DNA from: Methanoregula sp. | GTDB lineage: Archaea; Halobacteriota; Methanomicrobia; Methanomicrobiales; Methanospirillaceae | Length of the DNA: 64,000 nt | Direction: 5' to 3' | Assembly: GCF_049518935.1 (NCBI RefSeq) | Contig: NZ_JBEKRH010000008.1 | Span: 271-64,270 of the forward strand | Part shown: piece after piece, positions 37,774 through 46,652 of the stretch | How the letters are laid out: each line of letters begins with the position of its first letter | Numbering within the stretch: the stretch's first letter is position 1 | The notes under the pieces: model-generated | The model's database searches: none | Seen by the model: only the letters and a program-made list of their open reading frames with translations | Told to the model about the DNA's origin: nothing | Position numbers and translations under genes: made by a program

Positions 37774-39069
37774 ATGACAAGCATCGGAAGACTGACCTGT
37801 ATAATTCTGATTTTCTGTGCATTCATGATAGTGCCTTCTATGGCAGGATCTAAATTCATGTCCGGAAGCCCGGAATTATCTGCATATATTTCAGGTACTA
37901 ATGAATTCAATCCTGGTGATGATGTACAGTTACCTGTTGTTATCGAAAACACAGGACTCAACGAATTTGAATATGACCAACCAGGAATTATCAGTCGTGA
38001 CGATCTGCCAAATACAGCAAAATTTTTAACCGTTACACTTTTACCCGGTGATGCCCCCATGGTAGTCAAATCAGATCCCCAGATGGTGGGAGATCTCGAT
38101 GGTGGAAGCAGTGTGAATGCGGTTTTCACTACAAAAATAAATTCAGATGCCGCTGGCGGAACCTACCTTGTACCTGTCATACTAAATTATACTTACCTGT
38201 ATACTGCTGATCAATATGGTGTTGACCTCATCCATTATACCTATAAAACCCAGAACCTCATCCTCAATATACCCGTTAAAATCAAGTCAGATGTATCAAT
38301 CAATGTTCTTTCCGCCACATCCGATCATCTGAATGTGGGTACTGAAGGCTATATTGATATGCAGATCAAGAATATCGGATCCGAAAATGGTACAAAATCC
38401 ATTGTGAAAATATTGCAGAGCGGCAACAGCCCGATCCTTCCCACAGACAGTAGTGTATATATCGGGGATTTCCCCTCAGGAAGCACAGCCAGCTGCCGGT
38501 ACAAGGTATTTGTTTCGAGCGATGCGCAAAATCAGACTTATCCGGTTGATGTTGTAGTTATTTACCAGAACGACGAAGGCGATTTTGTCACGTCCCGCAG
38601 CGACACCGTTGGTATACCTGTGGGTGGAAAAATTGATTTCGATATCATTTCCCCGGCAGCAGAGATGAATCCCGGGAATAAACAAGTCATCAACGTTGAA
38701 TACAAGAACACAGGCGATACTACGGTTTATAGTGCACAGGCCAGAATAAGTGCCGTGGACCCATTCACCAGCGACGATGATATTGCCTATATCGGGGACC
38801 TCCAGCCGGGCGAGTCAAGAACGGTCTCTTATATAATGACCGTGGACAAGTCAGCAACCATAAAAGAATATGGTCTGGATTCCGTGATCCTGTATAAGGA
38901 TGCTCTTGATAATATATACACTTCGGATACCATGCAGGTAAAGGTGGATGTAACTGAACCCGTAGCACTTAACGCCATACTCACTAATCCCGTCTATCTG
39001 CTCATCGTTATTGCAGCGATAATCGGAATCCTGTATCTGGTGTTTCGTTACCGCAAGAAAAATAAATAA
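37774..39069 (+). CDS. COG1361/CARDB-like surface protein, paralog 4 (AT-richer copy)
   Basis: 431 aa. ...KFMSGSPELSAYISGTNEFNPGDDVQLPVVIENTG..., QIKNIGSENGTKS, VEYKNTGDTTVYSAQARISAVDPFTSDDD, and a C-terminal TM plus RYRKKNK. Confidence 0.85.
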   Translation: MTSIGRLTCIILIFCAFMIVPSMAGSKFMSGSPELSAYISGTNEFNPGDDVQLPVVIENTGLNEFEYDQPGIISRDDLPNTAKFLTVTLLPGDAPMVVKSDPQMVGDLDGGSSVNAVFTTKINSDAAGGTYLVPVILNYTYLYTADQYGVDLIHYTYKTQNLILNIPVKIKSDVSINVLSATSDHLNVGTEGYIDMQIKNIGSENGTKSIVKILQSGNSPILPTDSSVYIGDFPSGSTASCRYKVFVSSDAQNQTYPVDVVVIYQNDEGDFVTSRSDTVGIPVGGKIDFDIISPAAEMNPGNKQVINVEYKNTGDTTVYSAQARISAVDPFTSDDDIAYIGDLQPGESRTVSYIMTVDKSATIKEYGLDSVILYKDALDNIYTSDTMQVKVDVTEPVALNAILTNPVYLLIVIAAIIGILYLVFRYRKKNK

Positions 39070-39203
39070 TTCTTGAATGAGGGTTTTATTCCCACATTCT
39101 TGTTTTCTCTAAAAAAGATCTTCCGGTAAAATTACTTTGTTGAATCCCTCTATTTACTTGGTAAAATTCTAAAGATTACTTGGTAACGAAATATGATAAA
39201 TGA

Positions 39204-39410
39204 GATTTTTACATAGCCAGTTTTTCGATCACCAGCTATTTCAGTATCAATACATTAATTGCGGTCGGTTTCTCCCTTGTGGGAGTCATCTTCACTATAC
39301 CAGCAGTGCTTTCCGTTGTCGGTAAATTCAATGAATGGCTTGAAGAGAGAAAGTACCAGATATTTCCTGAACCCGCCAAGATGGAACTCTTTTTTAGGTT
39401 TGCTTTGTAG
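39204..39410 (+). pseudogene. 3'-terminal remnant (~68 codons) of a second MMPL/RND exporter gene
   Basis: The frame opens after TGA at 39201 and has no start codon. It reads DFYIASFSITSYFSINTLIAVGFSLVGVIFTIPAVLSVVGKFNEWLEERKYQIF.... This aligns with the last TM and tail of the intact exporter (SNFPITSNFGVSTLIAVGFSLCGAIFIMPAVLSIMGSFTEWWDTRK). Confidence 0.75.
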
Positions 39411-39571
39411 CAGTACCTATAGTCTTTTTGCGAATCTGGTAATAATTGTGTCTTGTACCAGTACTTTTGTAACGGGGGGAGAATCTATAAATATCGACGT
39501 GTTCTACAAATTATACAATAAAATTAGAGTTAAAGCAAGTATCCTTTAATTACTTTATTTCTGGTGATACA

Positions 39572-40267
39572 ATGCACATAATGGAAGGATTTCTACCCCC
39601 GCAGTGGTGCGTCTTCTGGTACCTTGTATCGGCACCGTTCATTATCTACGGGGTTTACCGGTTGAACCGCCAGGTTAAGGAAAACCGTGAAACACTCTCA
39701 CTGCTCGCAGTATCAGGAGCCTTTATCTTCCTTCTCTCCTCACTGAAAATGCCATCGCCTGTTGCGGGAAGTTGTTCCCATCCCACGGGCACCGGGCTTT
39801 CGACTGTCCTGTTTGGCCCGATCACCACTTGTGTTCTCAGTCTGATCGTGCTGATCTTCCAGGCGCTGTTCTTGGCCCATGGGGGGATCACCACACTCGG
39901 TGCCAATGTCTTCTCTATGGGAATTGCGGGACCGCTTCTCGGGTATGCTGTATACCGGCTGGGAAGAGCGGTACATCTGAACATATTTGTCAATATATTT
40001 CTCGTCACAGCAGTCGCGGACCTCTTCACCTATGTTGTCACGGCAATCGAGCTCGCCGCTGCAATCCCGTTGAATGGGGGGTTCATGTTCTCATTTGAAA
40101 CATTCTTTGCAATCTACGCAGTAACGCAGGTCCCCCTTGCGATCCTTGAAGGCGTCCTTATTGCGCTCGTGTTCAAATACATTGTCCAGAGCCGGTCCGA
40201 TATTCTCGTCAAACTCAAAGTGCTTACACCGGAGCAGGTGACAAAAATCATGGAGAGTTTCTCATGA
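39572..40267 (+). CDS. cbiM: cobalt/nickel ECF transporter component CbiM
   Basis: MHIMEGFLPPQWCVFWY...SCSHPTGTGL...LFLAHGGITTLGAN.... Confidence 0.95.
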   Translation: MHIMEGFLPPQWCVFWYLVSAPFIIYGVYRLNRQVKENRETLSLLAVSGAFIFLLSSLKMPSPVAGSCSHPTGTGLSTVLFGPITTCVLSLIVLIFQALFLAHGGITTLGANVFSMGIAGPLLGYAVYRLGRAVHLNIFVNIFLVTAVADLFTYVVTAIELAAAIPLNGGFMFSFETFFAIYAVTQVPLAILEGVLIALVFKYIVQSRSDILVKLKVLTPEQVTKIMESFS

Positions 40268-40590
40268 ACTTCAAGGTTGTCATTAAGTACAAACTTGAGA
40301 TCATCTTTGCGGTCGTAGTCGTGGTCTTTGCGGCGGCCTTCCTTATCCAGAATGCCAATATCCAAGCAACCGCCAGACCCGGGCAGGAAACCTGGCAGGG
40401 ATCAGATGATATGGGCAGCGCTGCGATTGAAGCCACAGGATATACTCCCTGGATATCCCCTATCTGGACGCCCCCCAGTACAGAAGTCGAGTCCCTGCTC
40501 TTCAGCATCCAGTCAGGCCTCGGAGCACTGGTGATCGGATACTTCTTCGGGTATTACCGGGGCAAACGGGAATGTCCAAAATCTTCATAA
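40264..40590 (+). CDS. cbiN: cobalt/nickel transport protein CbiN
   Basis: 108 aa with two TM. ...WQGSDDMGSAAIEATGYTPWISPIWTPPSTEVESLLFSIQSGLGALVIGYFFGY.... ATGA overlap with cbiM. Confidence 0.9.
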   Translation: MNFKVVIKYKLEIIFAVVVVVFAAAFLIQNANIQATARPGQETWQGSDDMGSAAIEATGYTPWISPIWTPPSTEVESLLFSIQSGLGALVIGYFFGYYRGKRECPKSS

Positions 40591-40642
40591 CCCACCTCTT
40601 TAATTTACTGACGTTCGTGACATTTGAGGGTGTGTATCCACT

Positions 40643-41437
40643 ATGACATTTATGGAAGAGAATCTGGATTACTATGCCCAGGCAAATGGCTTACGGGACG
40701 TTAACAGTTATCTCAAACTTATCCTTGGCATGGGAGCAATACTGATCTGTGTAGCATCCCCGGGGCTGCTGGCCCCCCTTTTCATTCTCGTTACCCTCTC
40801 TGCAATTACGCTCGTGTTCGCAAAGATCCCGGTGCGGGTTTACAGCGAACTTTTGCTCATACCGGCAACATTTGCGGGTCTCTCAGTAATCGTGATACTG
40901 TTTTTAAGCGGTGGGGGTCAGCCGCTCCTGACATTTTCCATCGCTGACTTCCCGCTGACCGTCACGACCGGCTCCGCAAATCTTGCGCTCCTTGAACTTG
41001 TCCGGACCTTTGGCGGGATGTGCGGGCTCTTTTTTATTGCCCTGACAACACCTATGGTAGAGATCTTTTCTGCAATGCACACGTTGCGCGTTCCTCCCGT
41101 CCTGATCGATCTTTCCATGCTGATCTATCATTTTATCTTCGTTTTTATCGGCCAGGCCATCGCGATCCACAATGCCCAGACCATCCGGCAGGGGTATACT
41201 TCATTCCGGCGATCTCTTGATTCAATGGCAATGCTCGGCGCGATGCTCTTCATCCGGGCATGGAAGGAGGCAGAAGACCTGATCATAGCTATGGACTCCC
41301 GGTGCTATGACGGCAAACTGGAATTGCCAGGGCGCCAGAACCCCCCGAAACCGGTCGCAATCGCGTCCACCGCATTGTATCTGGGACTTTGTATCTCCGT
41401 GGCAATCATGACCAGCACGATAGTGCCTTTCAGGTGA
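40643..41437 (+). CDS. cbiQ: cobalt/nickel ECF transporter T component CbiQ
   Basis: 264 aa polytopic membrane protein positioned between cbiN and cbiO. ...IDLSMLIYHFIFVFIGQAIAIHNAQTIRQG.... Confidence 0.9.
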   Translation: MTFMEENLDYYAQANGLRDVNSYLKLILGMGAILICVASPGLLAPLFILVTLSAITLVFAKIPVRVYSELLLIPATFAGLSVIVILFLSGGGQPLLTFSIADFPLTVTTGSANLALLELVRTFGGMCGLFFIALTTPMVEIFSAMHTLRVPPVLIDLSMLIYHFIFVFIGQAIAIHNAQTIRQGYTSFRRSLDSMAMLGAMLFIRAWKEAEDLIIAMDSRCYDGKLELPGRQNPPKPVAIASTALYLGLCISVAIMTSTIVPFR

Positions 41438-41440
41438 ACG

Positions 41441-42613
41441 ATGACTACTCTGCTTGAATTTGACCATATTCATTATGCCTACCCAAACTGCCCGGAATCA
41501 CTTTCCGGTGTAACATTCTCGATACAGAAAGGAGCCCGGGTTGCACTGGTTGGTCCCAACGGTGCCGGAAAGACCACCCTGCTCCTGATGTGCAACGGGA
41601 TTCTTGCACCCACACAGGGCCAGGTGCTTCTCAATGGTGAACCGCTCCGGTACGACAGCCGCTCTCTGCGCGAGGTGCGCAAGAAAGTCGGGCTGGTATT
41701 CCAGAACTCAGATACCCAGCTCTTCGCACCGACCGTATACCAGGATGTTGCATTCGGCCCTCTCAATCTCGGCATGACGCCGGACGAGATCCAAGCGACC
41801 GTCGCACGATCGCTTATGGCCGTGGGTCTCACCGGATACGAGAAGCGGCCTCCCCACCAGCTGAGTGGCGGTGAGAAGAAACGGGCCGCAATTGCCGGGA
41901 CCCTTGCGATGGAGCCGGAGGTTCTTGTCTTTGACGAGCCTACAAGTTCACTTGATCCTGCCGGTGCCGCAGACCTCATGGAGCTGCTTGATGAACTCAA
42001 TACCCGGGGAACGACCATCATTATCTCGACCCATGATGTGGAGCTCGCGTACCTTTGGGCAGATCAGATCATCCTCCTGAACAAAGGAACCGTACTTCAT
42101 GCAGGCTTCCCTGAGGAGGTCTTTACCAATCCCTCACTTATCGCTGCGGCAAATCTCCGCATGCCTGCGGTACTGGAAGTGTATAGCGAACTTCTCTCCC
42201 GCCATATGCTGACATCAACAGTCTCACCAAAATCTGTTCTGCAGCTGGTCAATGCACTTGAACAGACGAACAAAAAATTCATTTCTGATGCACGTGATTA
42301 TGGGAGTATCACTGTGTGCAATGTAGATGTGACGGCATTCAGTGATATATCACGGTGGCGTTCAGAACACCCGAAGGCAAAAACCGGAGTCATGGGAAGC
42401 AGAGCGAAAAACCTTGTTGAACAGGAAAACTTTATCCCGGATTTCACGTACGGCGTGATTGATAAATGCATCCTCCGGGCTTTGATGGGCGAATCCTCAA
42501 TTATCATGACCAGTGAAGGTATGGTGGAGCGTGTATCCCGAAGAGTGATGGAATTTGACGAGGAGAGCAATATCCGGATACCAGTATGTCTTTTCGGCGG
42601 TGATCGATCCTGA
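41441..42613 (+). CDS. cbiO: cobalt/nickel ECF transporter ATPase CbiO with a ~110-aa C-terminal extension
   Basis: GPNGAGKTT, LSGGEKKR and LVFDEPTSSLD. The ABC core ends near residue 280, and residues ~280-390 have no motif I recognise. Confidence 0.93.
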   Translation: MTTLLEFDHIHYAYPNCPESLSGVTFSIQKGARVALVGPNGAGKTTLLLMCNGILAPTQGQVLLNGEPLRYDSRSLREVRKKVGLVFQNSDTQLFAPTVYQDVAFGPLNLGMTPDEIQATVARSLMAVGLTGYEKRPPHQLSGGEKKRAAIAGTLAMEPEVLVFDEPTSSLDPAGAADLMELLDELNTRGTTIIISTHDVELAYLWADQIILLNKGTVLHAGFPEEVFTNPSLIAAANLRMPAVLEVYSELLSRHMLTSTVSPKSVLQLVNALEQTNKKFISDARDYGSITVCNVDVTAFSDISRWRSEHPKAKTGVMGSRAKNLVEQENFIPDFTYGVIDKCILRALMGESSIIMTSEGMVERVSRRVMEFDEESNIRIPVCLFGGDRS

Positions 42614-42681
42614 CAATTCCCTGTATAGTAATAGCCGGTACCCACAGCGGATGCGGGAAAACCACGATCGCAAGTGGGATC

Positions 42682-43935
42682 ATGGCCGCCCTTACGGCGC
42701 GGGGAATGAAGGTACAGCCCTTCAAGGTCGGCCCTGATTTCATTGATCCCTCGTATCATACCCGGATTTGCGGCAGGATCTCCCGTAATCTTGATCCATT
42801 CATGATGGGTGAGGTGGGCTGCAGGGATACATTTCTCCGTGCTTCGGAAGGAGCCGATATAGCTGTCATTGAGGGTGTCATGGGATTATATGATGGCATT
42901 GACGGAGGCGATCTGGCAAGTACGGCCCATATTGCCCGGATTCTCAAAGCTCCGGTGATTCTTGTTGCAGATGCCAAAGGAATGTCGCGAAGCGTCCACG
43001 CTCTCATACAAGGTTTTCTGGCATTTGATCCCACAATCACGATTGCCGGAATTATTATCAATCGTATCGGCAGCCCGCGTCACCGGATCATGATTGAGCA
43101 ATCAGGATCTATTTCCGTACTCGGATGGATTCCCAGAAACGATGAGATCGCGACAAAAAGCCGTCACCTGGGGCTTGTCATGGCTCACGAAACGGAATCT
43201 CTTGATGAGATTGGTTCCCTTGTGGAAGAATGCTGTAATCTCGACGAATTGTTATCGATTGCAACAAAAGCTCTGCCAATCGTTCTTGCATCCCGGGATG
43301 AACCCCCCTTATCATCCAGGGCCAGCATTGGCATTGCCCTGGATGAGGCATTTTGTTTTTATTACCAGGATAATTTTGACCGCCTCCGCCAGCAGGGAGC
43401 AGATCTTGTTTTTTTTAGCCCTATGAGAGATGCCCTGCCAGAGATTGATGCCCTGTACCTTGGAGGTGGATATCCGGAACTCCATCTCCCGGTTCTCGAG
43501 TCATCAGCCTGCACCCGGAAACTGAAAAAAGCCTCTGATAACGGGTTACCGGTATATGGTGAGTGTGGCGGGCTGATGTATCTCACCCGTGACATTCAGA
43601 CTGACAAAACATATCGTATGGCCGGTATTCTCCCCGGCAGTGCACAAATGACTGATCGGATTCAGGGACTCGGATATGTGAAAGGCACCGCGACCGGATC
43701 GTCCCCTCTCATGGTCCCGGGACAAACAATAACCGGCCATGAATTTCACTATTCGCGGATAATCCCTGATACTGATGCCCGGTTTGCCGTTTCTCTCTCG
43801 CGAGGAAAAGGCATCAATGACGGAAATGACGGACTTCATTCGTCATGTGCATTGGGTTTGTATACCCATGCATATTTCACTACAGCATTCTGCAGGAACT
43901 TCATAGATCTGGCTGCGGCATTTTCGCACAAGTAA
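42682..43935 (+). CDS. cbiA: cobyrinate / Ni-sirohydrochlorin a,c-diamide synthase family (CbiA/CfbB); the true 5' end lies upstream of 42682
   Basis: ...VQPFKVGPDFIDPSYH... and the glutamine amidotransferase part ...LYLGGGYPE...PVYGECGGLMYL...GHEFHYS.... The same frame stays open from 42604 and encodes IVIAGTHSGCGKTT (P-loop) before the first ATG. Confidence 0.9.
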   Translation: MAALTARGMKVQPFKVGPDFIDPSYHTRICGRISRNLDPFMMGEVGCRDTFLRASEGADIAVIEGVMGLYDGIDGGDLASTAHIARILKAPVILVADAKGMSRSVHALIQGFLAFDPTITIAGIIINRIGSPRHRIMIEQSGSISVLGWIPRNDEIATKSRHLGLVMAHETESLDEIGSLVEECCNLDELLSIATKALPIVLASRDEPPLSSRASIGIALDEAFCFYYQDNFDRLRQQGADLVFFSPMRDALPEIDALYLGGGYPELHLPVLESSACTRKLKKASDNGLPVYGECGGLMYLTRDIQTDKTYRMAGILPGSAQMTDRIQGLGYVKGTATGSSPLMVPGQTITGHEFHYSRIIPDTDARFAVSLSRGKGINDGNDGLHSSCALGLYTHAYFTTAFCRNFIDLAAAFSHK

Positions 43936-44006
43936 CGTTTCCTCTTTTCCCGGTTCACAAGAGATAAACATGTGGAACACTTAAAAACTATCAGCAAGAG
44001 GCAGAA

Positions 44007-45659
44007 ATGATGTCCCTGAGAAGCGATGAAATAAAAACCGGCTATCAGCGAGCACCCAACCGCTCACTTCTCCGGTCTCTTGGTGTAACAGATCGTGAGA
44101 TGGGTCTTCCCTTTATCGGTATTGCCAACGCGTTCAACACCATCGTACCGGGACATATCCATCTCCGGCAACTGGGTGAGAAAGTACGGGAAGGTATTGC
44201 TGCAGCCGGTGGCGTCCCGTTCGAATTTGGCGTGATCGGGATCTGCGACGGTATTGCAATGGGACACGAGGGCATGCACTATTCTCTGCCATCCCGGGAA
44301 AACGTGGCCGATTCCATAGAACTGATGGTTCAGGCGCACAGGTTCGACGGCCTTGTCTGCATTGGAACCTGTGATAAAATTGTCCCGGGCATGCTGATGG
44401 CCGCGGTCCGTTGTAACATACCAACGGTGATCCTTACTGGCGGTGCAATGTTGTCCGGCCATCAGGATGGCAAAGATCTCTCCCTCATTGAAGTGTTTGA
44501 AGGTGTCGGCAAAGTTGCAGCAGGAACTATGAGTGAAGCTGCCCTGAATGAACTGGAAGGATGCGCAATGCCGGGATGTGGCAGCTGCCAGGGCCTGTAT
44601 ACTGCCAATACGATGGCCTGTATGACAGAGGCAATGGGAATGTCGCTTCCCGGGTGTGCTGCAATACCGGCGGTGGATGCAGCGAAACTGCGCATTGCAC
44701 GTGAGAGCGGAGAAGCCGTTCTTACCCTGGTGAAGAAAAATACCCGGCCTAAGGATATCATAACCGATAAAAGCCTCCGGAATGCAATAAGGGTAGACAT
44801 GGCCCTTGGTGGGTCTACCAACACCGTCCTTCACCTTATGGCACTGGCTACTGAGGCCGGAATTCCCCTCAGCCTTGAGGATTTCAATATTCTTGCGGAT
44901 GTAATTCCCCATATCTGTCATATGCAGCCGTCTGGTCCACACTCGATGCAGACCCTGTATCGTGCGGGAGGAATTCCGGCGGTCCTGAAACAACTCGAGC
45001 GACTACTCGAATCATCACCAACCATATCCGGAAAGGACGTGCTCGATATCGCCCGGCATGCAGTAATAAAAAATTCATCCGTGATCAAAAGTATTGACGC
45101 GCCGGTCAGTTCAGCCGGTGGATTAAAGATCCTCTTTGGTTCCCTTGCCCCGGATGGAGCCGTGGTAAAATGTGCCGCAGTCCCGCAGGCCATGTGGAAA
45201 CATACCGGTCCTGCCCGCGTCTTTGACAGTGAATCTGCTGCTATGAGCGCGATCCTTTCCAGAAAAATTGCTGAAGGTGATGTGCTCATCATCAGGAACG
45301 AAGGTCCCCGCGGGGCTCCGGGTATGCCGGAGATGCTCTCACCGACCTCAGCCCTCGTGGGCTTTGGTTATTCCCGTGTCGTGCTCATCACGGACGGCCG
45401 GTTTTCCGGGGGAACGCGGGGTCCGTGTATCGGCCATGTTGCCCCGGAAGCAGCCGTGGGTGGACCGATTGCGTTTGTCCGGGATCATGACCGGATAACA
45501 ATCGATCTGTTCGAGAAGAGGATAGATCTCCTGATAGATCAGAGCGTGCTGGATGAGAGAAAGAAAGGATGGATCCCCCCCCATAAATCACTCACCGGAG
45601 TTCTCGCCCGATATGCCAAATCCGTTGAGCAGGCGAACCTTGGTGCAGTACAGAAATAG
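44007..45659 (+). CDS. ilvD: dihydroxy-acid dehydratase
   Basis: ...[35 protein letters not shown]..., ...[12 protein letters not shown]..., ...[23 protein letters not shown].... Confidence 0.97.
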   Translation: MMSLRSDEIKTGYQRAPNRSLLRSLGVTDREMGLPFIGIANAFNTIVPGHIHLRQLGEKVREGIAAAGGVPFEFGVIGICDGIAMGHEGMHYSLPSRENVADSIELMVQAHRFDGLVCIGTCDKIVPGMLMAAVRCNIPTVILTGGAMLSGHQDGKDLSLIEVFEGVGKVAAGTMSEAALNELEGCAMPGCGSCQGLYTANTMACMTEAMGMSLPGCAAIPAVDAAKLRIARESGEAVLTLVKKNTRPKDIITDKSLRNAIRVDMALGGSTNTVLHLMALATEAGIPLSLEDFNILADVIPHICHMQPSGPHSMQTLYRAGGIPAVLKQLERLLESSPTISGKDVLDIARHAVIKNSSVIKSIDAPVSSAGGLKILFGSLAPDGAVVKCAAVPQAMWKHTGPARVFDSESAAMSAILSRKIAEGDVLIIRNEGPRGAPGMPEMLSPTSALVGFGYSRVVLITDGRFSGGTRGPCIGHVAPEAAVGGPIAFVRDHDRITIDLFEKRIDLLIDQSVLDERKKGWIPPHKSLTGVLARYAKSVEQANLGAVQK

Positions 45660-45691
45660 TACTCCAGTCAATCAGTACTTTTAAAAGCACG

Positions 45692-45698
45692 TTTTTTT
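45692..45698 (+). terminator. oligo-T (T7) terminator after ilvD
   Basis: GTTTTTTTAA lies 33 nt after the ilvD stop. Confidence 0.45.
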
Positions 45699-45850
45699 AA
45701 AATAAATTTTAATCTGTCGTCAGTGATTATCTCATTCTTTACAATAACGGTCAGGATTTTCAATTCTGGTTTTTAATTACAGTGTAAAAAAAGCCCTGAT
45801 AACTGTCAGGGAATTGTTTTAATCACGTAGGGAAAAAAAGTGTTGAGGGA

Positions 45851-46519
45851 TTATGCCGCGCCGGCCGCATCATAGACCTGGCAGAGATACCGGGCTTCAA
45901 AGATTGACAGTGGGGCAATGAGGATGATCTCGATGATAATGCCCAGGAAGGGGATCATCGAGAGGATTCCGATTATGATACTGAAGATGATCTGGACGAT
46001 GATCAGGACGATGAGGGCAATGATGTAACTGCCCCAGCCGATTTTCCCGATGGTTTCGAGGATAGCACCGAAGTTGAATGCCTCCCCCATACTGCCGGTC
46101 CGAGCGAACCGGATGATGCCGATGGTTGCAAAGAGTCCGGTGAGGATTGCAACGATCACAAAGACGATGAACCCAAAGAGCATCCCGCCGATTGCTCCCA
46201 TCGCTGATGCGGGATCGCTGGCTAATGCAAAAAATCCTGCACCAATCGTTATGAAGAATATGATAAGCATGGGGATTGCCCAGATAAGTGCAACGATCGC
46301 GTACTTGATCCCGTCAATGAAAAGTGTCCCCCAGTCGGTAACTTCCGGCGCCGGCTTTTCGCCGCGGAAGACCTTAAGGGTGTAGCCAAGAAGCGGAATG
46401 CAGAGAATGATCGTTGCGATTACGAGCAACAGCCATTGCATCCACTTACCAATCACCGCATCCTTTGCATAAGCAAAGGAATCTCCAACCATCTTACCAA
46501 AATCCATTTGTTTCACCAC
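45851..46519 (-). CDS. DUF4013-like polytopic membrane protein
   Basis: ...LLGYTLKVFRGEKPAPEVTDWGTLFIDGIKYAIVALIW... matches the GY..RG..P..DWG.LF.DG.K pattern I associate with DUF4013. Confidence 0.75.
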   Translation of the reverse strand: MVKQMDFGKMVGDSFAYAKDAVIGKWMQWLLLVIATIILCIPLLGYTLKVFRGEKPAPEVTDWGTLFIDGIKYAIVALIWAIPMLIIFFITIGAGFFALASDPASAMGAIGGMLFGFIVFVIVAILTGLFATIGIIRFARTGSMGEAFNFGAILETIGKIGWGSYIIALIVLIIVQIIFSIIIGILSMIPFLGIIIEIILIAPLSIFEARYLCQVYDAAGAA

Positions 46520-46652
46520 AATGATACCATCAAAATTTCATAACCATTCATGACCAATCTTAGCCAAAAACGATTTAAGTACCGTATGATAACTTCGCAG
46601 AATATAAAATTATCGATTTTACTGACTTAAAATGAAAAAATGGGGAAAATAT

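Noticed and set aside
39155-39186. 11-bp direct repeat TTACTTGGTAA x2, 21 bp apart, just upstream of the exporter remnant.
   Set aside because: It is too short and isolated to call a mobile-element end or operator, and may be chance in AT-rich DNA.
39259-39549. 96-aa plus-strand ORF downstream of paralog 4.
   Set aside because: It is in a different frame from the clearly homologous exporter remnant, and its translation is low-complexity with no features.
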